NCBI GenBank assembly: GCA_964016885.1
Contig: OZ024743.1
Coordinates: 272,924,001-272,988,000 of the forward strand
Origin: Eledone cirrhosa
Taxonomy: Eukaryota
Length of the DNA stretch: 64,000 bases
Direction: 5' to 3'
Shown here: positions 56,803 to 64,000 of the stretch, piece after piece
Position numbering within the stretch: the first letter of the stretch is position 1
Layout of the letters: the number at the start of each line of letters is the position of its first letter
Translations under genes and position numbers: made by a program
The notes under the pieces: generated by a model
What the model was told of the DNA's origin: nothing
What the model saw: only the letters and a program-made list of their open reading frames with translations
The model's database searches: none

Positions 56803-57212
56803 GTGTGTATCTATATGTCTGTCTCTGTGTATAGATATATTGATTATTTCATATCCAGCCACTATACAGAACTGATATTATATAGAATTTATAATTTGAT
56901 TAGAAATATACATTTCTCAGATCAAATAGGAACAAATGTGTTGTCGCCAAATATTGAAGTATGAAATTACGCATTCATAAATATACTGTCCTTGGGACAA
57001 ACTAGATCTAGAACCTTTCTCACGTAGGAAATTATAATAGGATTTAGTTACATAAAATGCGTATTTGTAACAAGATCAACCTGTGTTTTTCTTCCATCTC
57101 CTCCCCAACACCATTCTTTGAAGAGTTTTCTACTTTTAATTGTTATCTGTCTATCTCATATTTGTATTGTTCTATTTCATCTCTATCTAATTATCTATTG
57201 CATATATATATA

Positions 57213-57305
<93 letters not shown>

Positions 57306-57496
57306 ATGTGGTTGAAGGCCGAGACAAAGGGTTACTGAATACCAAAGAAGAGTTTTAATATTAATTTATATTAAAGCTGACTGTGATAAACAGTCGAAAC
57401 TCCAGATTCACAAGACTCAATTTTAGCCTTAATATAAATGAATACATACGTATATATATATTTGGATTTAATGCTCTGAAATAGCGATATATATGT

Positions 57497-57776
57497 GAAG
57501 ACAAACATAGAATATTCGAAAATATTCTGTATGTTTATAATAAACATTTTGAAGACCCAATCGCTATAGAATAGAATACGTCACATATTACAATTTGAGA
57601 TTCTCGATAAAAGCAAGGAAAGTAACCTACGCGTTTCATTCTTATTAGAAATCATCAGGATTACATATCCAATGCTTTTATCGAGAACGACACAGCTAGA
57701 GACTTATAGCGATTGGGTCTTCAAAATGTTTATTATAAACATACAGAATATTTTCGAATATTCTATGTTTGTCTTC
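57497..57776. mobile_element. Fold-back element with 72-bp perfect arms enclosing a hammerhead cassette
   Basis: Arms 57497-57568/57705-57776; inner 15-bp arms 57601-57615/57673-57687. Confidence 0.85.
57622..57664 (-). ncRNA. Minimal type I hammerhead; decayed plus-strand relative at 57934-57975
   Basis: Minus strand GTAATC-CTGATGA-TTTCTaataAGAAT-GAAA-CGC-GTA-GGTTAC; stem III ACGCGT. Confidence 0.8.
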
Positions 57777-57874
57777 GTATATATATATATATTTACAGAT
57801 ATATAAACATATATATATATATATGTATATACACACACACACATATATATATATACACATATATACATATATGC

Positions 57875-57907
<33 letters not shown>

Positions 57908-57997
57908 GTACGTTATTGCGGGTTGAATCGGAGGTAACCACTGATGATTTCTAAAGAATGAAACAGTTCTAGTCCTGTAGAATCTCATCTATATTAA

Positions 57998-58055
<58 letters not shown>

Positions 58056-58114
58056 TGAAAAATTGAACGGGAAAAAACAGAGAGGCTGCACCAACATATA
58101 TACATATATATATG

Positions 58115-58148
<34 letters not shown>

Positions 58149-58369
58149 AACACACACAGACATATTAGGTATAGGATTATCCTGGATGCAGTAATGGTTA
58201 ATTACTACACTGGATAGAGTTGACGTACGGTGAGGGGTTACTCAACGAGTTATGGAAGAATAGTTGAAGAAACTCAGTTCCTTATCTTTCTGTATTCCGG
58301 AGTATAGATAAAGAATGAATAATAACAGGTAACCATCATAAAAAGGTAATTTATTATGTGTGCTTACAA

Positions 58370-60160
58370 AAGCAGCCCCCACCTTTAACCTGAAGGACCA
58401 TAAGGAAAATGTTGACTCTAACCCTAAGATTAGTCTTATATGCCCTTCTAAATCAGACATAGGAAAAATTAGCAAAGATATACTTGACAGAGTAATAGCT
58501 CAATTGAAAAAGAAAATAGAAATTAAATTATGGGGCAACACTAGCGAAGCAATTCGCTGGTTTAATAACGTTAAGATCAAGAATAAATCTAAGTTTATAC
58601 AATTTGACATAGACGAATACTACACTTCAATCTCACCCGGCACTTTACGTAAGGCCCTATCGTTTGCTAAAGTCAATTCCGACCTAACGGAGGACGAAAT
58701 TAATATTGTTCTAGAGGCTAGAAAAACTATTATCAAGTTTGATAACTGCTACTGGGAATGTAAGGACAGACCCACAAACTTCGACATTACCATGGCTCCA
58801 ACGTCTCAGCGGAGTTCACCGATCTTGTGGGAATTTACATAGCCCACATACTACATGGTAAATTTAGTAATATACATGGGGGAATATATAGAGATGATGG
58901 GCTCTTATTAGTTAATAACTTAACCAAAATCTTGAAAGGTTACGGAAAAACATTAGAAAATCTTTTAGTGAACTGGGTGTAAAAATAACGTACGAATACA
59001 ATCTTGAAGTCGTAGATTTTCTAGACGTAACTCTTAATTTAAATACCGCACTGATACGACCCTTCCACAAGATAAATGAAACTTTACCTATATCAATTTT
59101 AACTCAAACCACCCACTTTCCATGATCAAATCGGTTCCCCGTAGTATTTATCTTAGAATCTCTCGCCTATCGTCTGACTCAGATTTTCAGTGAACATGCT
59201 GAATACTATAATAATGCATTAAGGAATGCCGACCACCGGGATACAATAGAATACATTGATAAGAATCTCCGTAACACACATAGCTCTACATGAAATCAAA
59301 GAATACGTAACCGGGGTACAGAAATACAAGCGCACACACGCAGTACCACCAGACATACTAATAATAGAAAATCATCACCAAATAAATCACGTTATAGAAA
59401 GTATATCTGGTATAATCCCATTTTTAATGCTTCGATTAGTACAAAACTATCTCTTTCATGCTTTAAGTTAATCAATAACCATTTCCCTAGTTCCCCTAAA
59501 TACAGTAACATTCTGAACTCTAAAACTATTAAACTATCATACTCCACGGCACCAAACCTTGAAGCATACATAAAAAACTTAACTTAAAGCAATTAAACAA
59601 CACTACAAAACAAAATATTTTAATAACAGATGAGCATAACGTAATATCGGCCTCCCAACCACTGCATGGGAGGCGGGTATTACACAACCCACCTGTACTG
59701 CTATCCCAACCTATCCATGGTATACTCGCTACCCACAACAAAAACTGTAACTCCCACCTGCCTGAAAGCTGTCCATTGAAGAATAAATGCCGAAATGTCA
59801 ACATTGTTTACCAATGACTGTTGAATCGAACGACCAGAAATGGTATTACATCGGGTCTACCACTACCTCCTTTAAATATCGCTGGTATCGTCATCGATTC
59901 TCAATTAAACATCCTAATCACCGTTTTGTGACCACGCTCGCCAACAAGACCTGGCAACTCCGTGAATGCAACCAACAGTTCACCTTGAAATAAGATATAC
60001 TTTCCAGCGCTAGTGCATATCGGAGTGGATTGAACTACTGTAGGTTATGTAACCTTAAACTCTTTTACATCTTAAAATCCAAAAATAAATGACTAAATGA
60101 TACAATCGAACGATCATTATACTGCAACCTCAAACTGAAGGCTAAATTCTCTTACGAACC
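58370..60160 (+). pseudogene. PLE RT + GIY-YIG, multiply frameshifted
   Basis: LKDHKEN, LICPSKSDIGKISK, QFDIDEYY, FDITM, GGIYRDDG (58878-58901), FLDVTL, NSNHP, SYSTAPN, NCNSHLPESCPL..NIVY..YYIGSTTTSFKYRWYRH, CRLC. Confidence 0.9.
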
Positions 60161-60637
60161 CGTAACTATAACATTGCTTTCTAGCTAACCACTTTCTCTT
60201 CCCCCACACTGCAAGACAATACCCTGCTTATCACTATAAATGGAAACTTAGTGCAATTTGTAGCCTACAACTATGAACTCAATGTTCACCCATCCCATAG
60301 CTTTCCCCTCTCTATCTCTCCCTCTCTTTCCATTCCCCTCTATCTCTCTCTCTCGCCCTAGGTCCACCACCTTGCCCTCTGTGGTAATAAATAATTCCAA
60401 CCTTGACTATCAACGCGTCTTAAGGTGGTCGCTTTAACAGTAACCAGTATAATAAAACCCCTACCACAACATTTTGATTAAGATATCTACAAACCACTCT
60501 CTCCCATTTCTGCAACACCTGCATCTCTCTCTCACTCTCTCTCCATCCATCTCCCCTTCTTTTCTCTCTTCCTTTTCTACTCTATCCTCCCCAATAACCT
60601 CACTTAAGGGTATTTACATTTTACATTTTAACAATTC

Positions 60638-60749
60638 TGCTCTGATGATACAGTGGTCACAGGATGTGATAATTGAGTTTTGCAAATAGTTATAAATTTG
60701 CACATAGCATAACTAGGCTGTATAACCACCGTGGAAACATTTGTAAGCA
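60638..60749 (+). ncRNA. Type I hammerhead with ~85-nt stem II
   Basis: TGCT-CTGATGA-TACAGTGGT...ACCACCGTG-GAAA-CATTT-GTA-AGCA. Confidence 0.8.
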
Positions 60750-60796
60750 CACAGAATAATTTACCTTTTCATGATGTATACCTGTTATTATTCATT

Positions 60797-60868
<72 letters not shown>

Positions 60869-61004
60869 ATATAATTATGGAAAAGAATGAAATGAAATTT
60901 CATTTCTCACTCTTAGTACGGCTGATATTTAAATATAAGTATGTATACGTACATACATATATGTATATAGACGTACATTAGTATGTATATATATATACAT
61001 ACAT

Positions 61005-61064
<60 letters not shown>

Positions 61065-61181
61065 GTATGGGTTTACCGTACATTTATTATAATGTTCGGT
61101 TTGTTTGTAAACAAACAGCCCGAATTAAGCCGTACAGTATTCGGCAACAATCGTTGCATTTTGTTCAACACTGAAAAAGGA

Positions 61182-61224
61182 ACGATGAACTAGTTTCAAG
61201 CTTATTCGCTATCGTCAGCATCGT
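61182..61224 (-). ncRNA. Minimal type I hammerhead (family F)
   Basis: Minus strand ACGATG-CTGACGA-TAGCgaataaGCTT-GAAA-CTAG-TT-CATCGT; stem III ACTAGT. Confidence 0.82.
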
Positions 61225-61541
61225 ATACCTTCCAAACAAACCGAACATTATAATAAACGTTCGGTAAACCCATACGTACATATATATATATGTGTGCATG
61301 TATGTATATACATACTACTGTACGTCTGTATACATATATGTATGTACGTATACATAATTATATTTAAGTATCAGTCGTACTAAGAGTGAGAAATGAAATT
61401 TCATTTCATTCTTTTCCATTTATCGTTTTCGGTACGCCCCGCCGACTAACTCACTCGATATACAAATTAGGCTGCTCAGCCGTTAATATACATAAGGAAA
61501 GTATATACTTTCAAACGTTCAATCATCTGACAGGAAGGTAT

Positions 61542-61584
61542 ACCATGCTGACGATAGTTAATAAGCTTGAAACTAGTTCATCGT
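61542..61584 (+). ncRNA. Minimal type I hammerhead (family F)
   Basis: ACCATG-CTGACGA-TAGTtaataaGCTT-GAAA-CTAG-TT-CATCGT. Confidence 0.75.
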
Positions 61585-61799
61585 TCCTTTGTCCGTGTTG
61601 AACAAAAGTGCTACGATGGTTGCCGAACACTGTACGGCTTAATTCGGGCTGTTTGTTTACAAACAAACCGATCATTATAATAAATGTTCGGTAAACCCAA
61701 CGTACATATATATATGTGTGCATGTATGTATATATATATACATACTACTGTACGTCTGTATATATATATATGTATGTACGTATACATACTTATATATAT

Positions 61800-62572
61800 T
61801 AAAATTTTCCCCATTTACAAATTCATAGACAACGCTACTTTCATCAAACGCACCAATAAGGAAACACATTTCATTAATACATTTCAACCACTACTCAATG
61901 CCCTAAAAATCGGACCAATCTAAAACTGCAACAAACCATCAAACATTTACAAGAGTTACCTCTCTCACACCCTACCTAATCCTTTTTCTTAAATACATTA
62001 AATATAACCCAGCAAGAATTGCTTCCCCCTTCATATTAACTCTCTAAAAAGGGAAATCATATCAAACCACAGTCCACCATTTGCCTCTTTCACGGAACCA
62101 TGGTTCAACCAAGCACCCTTGCGATATTAACACATTTTGAACTGCTTAACTTCAATGACTGTGCTTGTAAATCACATTATTTCTTCTTCCACATTGACTT
62201 TTTACGTTCCACATTATGCACGTTTTTTTCCTCTTTCTTTTTTCTTTTCACTTCTTAAACCTTGTTTGTATATAACATTATTCTTTCTGCACCTTCTGTT
62301 TAAGATGTGCGACACCACACTAATACTTTTCACTATCATTTGATAATGCATATAAATGCAGAAACCGGTAATAGACAATAATTAAATATATAAATAGATA
62401 AATAAATGCCATTGTTAAATAATAAATAAATCAACTAATACCTTAACACTTCACACAAAGTAAAACATTTCGTTTTAATCATTTTCTAACCCAGAAAAGA
62501 GAGAGAGAGAGACAAAAAAAGGAAAAAAATAATTTGTTCTTCCTCATAATCGTCTCTTTCTACCTGTTTTCA
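61800..62572 (+). mobile_element. PLE 3' end: GIY-YIG C-terminus, UTR and family G pLTR
   Basis: KIFPIYKFIDNATFIKRTNKETHFINTFQPLLN resembles the GIY-YIG E...FI...P.LN tail; pLTR matches 20120-20390; ends in (TA)n. Confidence 0.7.
62333..62374 (+). ncRNA. Hammerhead with U3-A8 compensatory core (TTGATAA)
   Basis: TTGATAA-TGCATataaATGCA-GAAA-CCG-GTA; stem III ACCGGT; stem I weak. Confidence 0.55.
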
Positions 62573-62616
62573 TATATATATATATTAATTAATTTATTTA
62601 TATATATATATATATC

Positions 62617-62782
62617 AGAATGGAGGCGGTAAAAACTAGATAGACCATTACTCACCACCAGAGTATTCGATACTTGGTGTAGTAGAGTGGGTAATAATGA
62701 AAAATTCAGCCGGAGCTCAGCCATCGGCTTCCTGAATTTTTCATTATTACTCACTCTACTACACCAGGTATCGAATACTCTG
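62617..62782. mobile_element. Fold-back mini element distantly related to family B
   Basis: Arms 62659-62708/62732-62782 (CAGAGTATTCGATAC.TGGTGTAGTAGAGTG.GTAATAATGAAAAATTCAG); shares GTAGTAGAGTGGGTAATA and GAGCTCAGCC with family B. Confidence 0.75.
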
Positions 62783-62998
62783 TCCGTGTTGAATGCAACC
62801 TTTTGAAATGTAGTCAGTTTAATATATATATGAACTTGTGGTTAACATTAAGATATGTGTTTTTTCCTCGAAGATTCCTGCTGAACCATCAGTTGTTAGT
62901 ACAATGAATATTCTGGTTTAGTGTAAATAAACCATCAACTTGAGGTGACGTATATGCATTTATCGGAATTATGGAATATAGATATGATAAATACACAG

Positions 62999-63038
<40 letters not shown>

Positions 63039-64000
63039 CTTGGATCGTACCTGCATTCACTAGATCATATACAAATATGAACTAAACTCATGTTAGCCAC
63101 AAACCCATGCAAAGTCAAACCGTGATCCTACATTCAACTTTACTCAGATCAGCCAAAAATTAAATTAAAACACGTCTATCCAACCCAAACCCCATCCCTC
63201 TCATCCAATCAACAACAAAAAAAAACCTCCTACGATTATTGGCATGGTATGGGGGATGCAATTCTATTGCAGCCCTGGTTTTACGTAGTGAAGTGAATCC
63301 CGTCACCTTCCATCATATAATTGACATAATCAATACAAACAACAGAAACTTCTACCGACCTATATTTCCAAGAAACTGAACCCGGTATAGAAACACACTG
63401 AAGAAAACCTTATGCGCAACTTCCGAATTGAGCTAAATGAGAGGCTGCGCTCACCTAATAATCCTTTCCAAACCCTATTCCGCTTAACAAACTAACAAAT
63501 CAGAAAACAAAATGAATGCAGTGAACCTGCAGGCTTATCGATTAAATATCTTCGTACATACGCCTAGAAGCTAACGTAAAGCAATATGATACAATCGCTT
63601 ATAAACTGAATAATAATAGTAAAACACGTAACAGAATGAAGTCAAATATATAACACCTTTAGCTGGACTACACATTCGTGTGGCGGCAATTGGTATTATG
63701 CCCATTGAGTCAGAACAACCACCAGAAACTACCACCAACCCATAATCTCAACTAACCCGACACAGTATATACATGGAAGTAAACATCATGTTCAAATAAT
63801 AGAACCTGAACTTCTCCAACCGAGCACTACAATCACCCATTATATGTAAATCAAACCATCTCACAATTATCGTACTGTGAAACACTAAAAGGAGGGAATT
63901 GAAACTAGAAGCCAAACCATAAAACATCTAAGGACATACGACAATAAAAAACAACCATGTATCAACGACTAAAGGAAAATAAAAAAGAAAACAGGAAATA

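Larger units (their letters stand above)
58303..60805 (+). mobile_element. 5'-truncated Hydra-type PLE with inverted 5' pLTR piece, RT, GIY-YIG, 3' UTR and hammerhead pLTR ending in (TA)n
   Basis: 58303-58369 is the reverse complement of 60740-60805; coding motifs listed in the next feature. Confidence 0.88.
60877..61800. mobile_element. Family F pLTR cluster: one minus copy (60877-61232) followed by two plus copies (61233-61419, ~61420-61800)
   Basis: Inverted and tandem matches, e.g. AAACAAACCG..CATTATAATAAA.GTTCGGTAAACCCA three times. Confidence 0.85.

Noticed and set aside
63040-64000. Retroelement coding region at the window end
   Set aside because: AC-rich like PLE sense strands, but no ORF or motif identified

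Overview
AT-rich, microsatellite-dense animal genomic DNA. The SINE families and repeat landscape suggest a cephalopod such as Octopus, but that is inference only. No intact host gene is supportable, and nearly all listed ORFs are dinucleotide-repeat artefacts. The window is dominated by Penelope-like retroelements (PLEs) inserted in (TA)n tracts. Two are near-complete, frameshifted RT + C-terminal GIY-YIG copies with a Hydra-type CxCx5C linker (12.6-15.2 kb, 58.4-60.8 kb); several more are fragments of the same or another PLE clade. Also present are about 11 copies of one tRNA-derived SINE, two non-autonomous Helitrons and a decayed mariner. The most striking signal is a dense population of short, non-coding, (TA)n-flanked fold-back (inverted pLTR) elements from several unrelated families. 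About 15 minimal type I hammerhead ribozymes could be folded by eye, many inside these fold-backs. They show family-specific palindromic stem III sequences, recurrent core variants (CCGANGA, UUGAUAA, U.U at the base of stem II) and 80-115 nt stem II expansions. Several fold-back or inversion junctions map to the ribozyme itself. All structures were read manually and coordinates of decayed elements are approximate.
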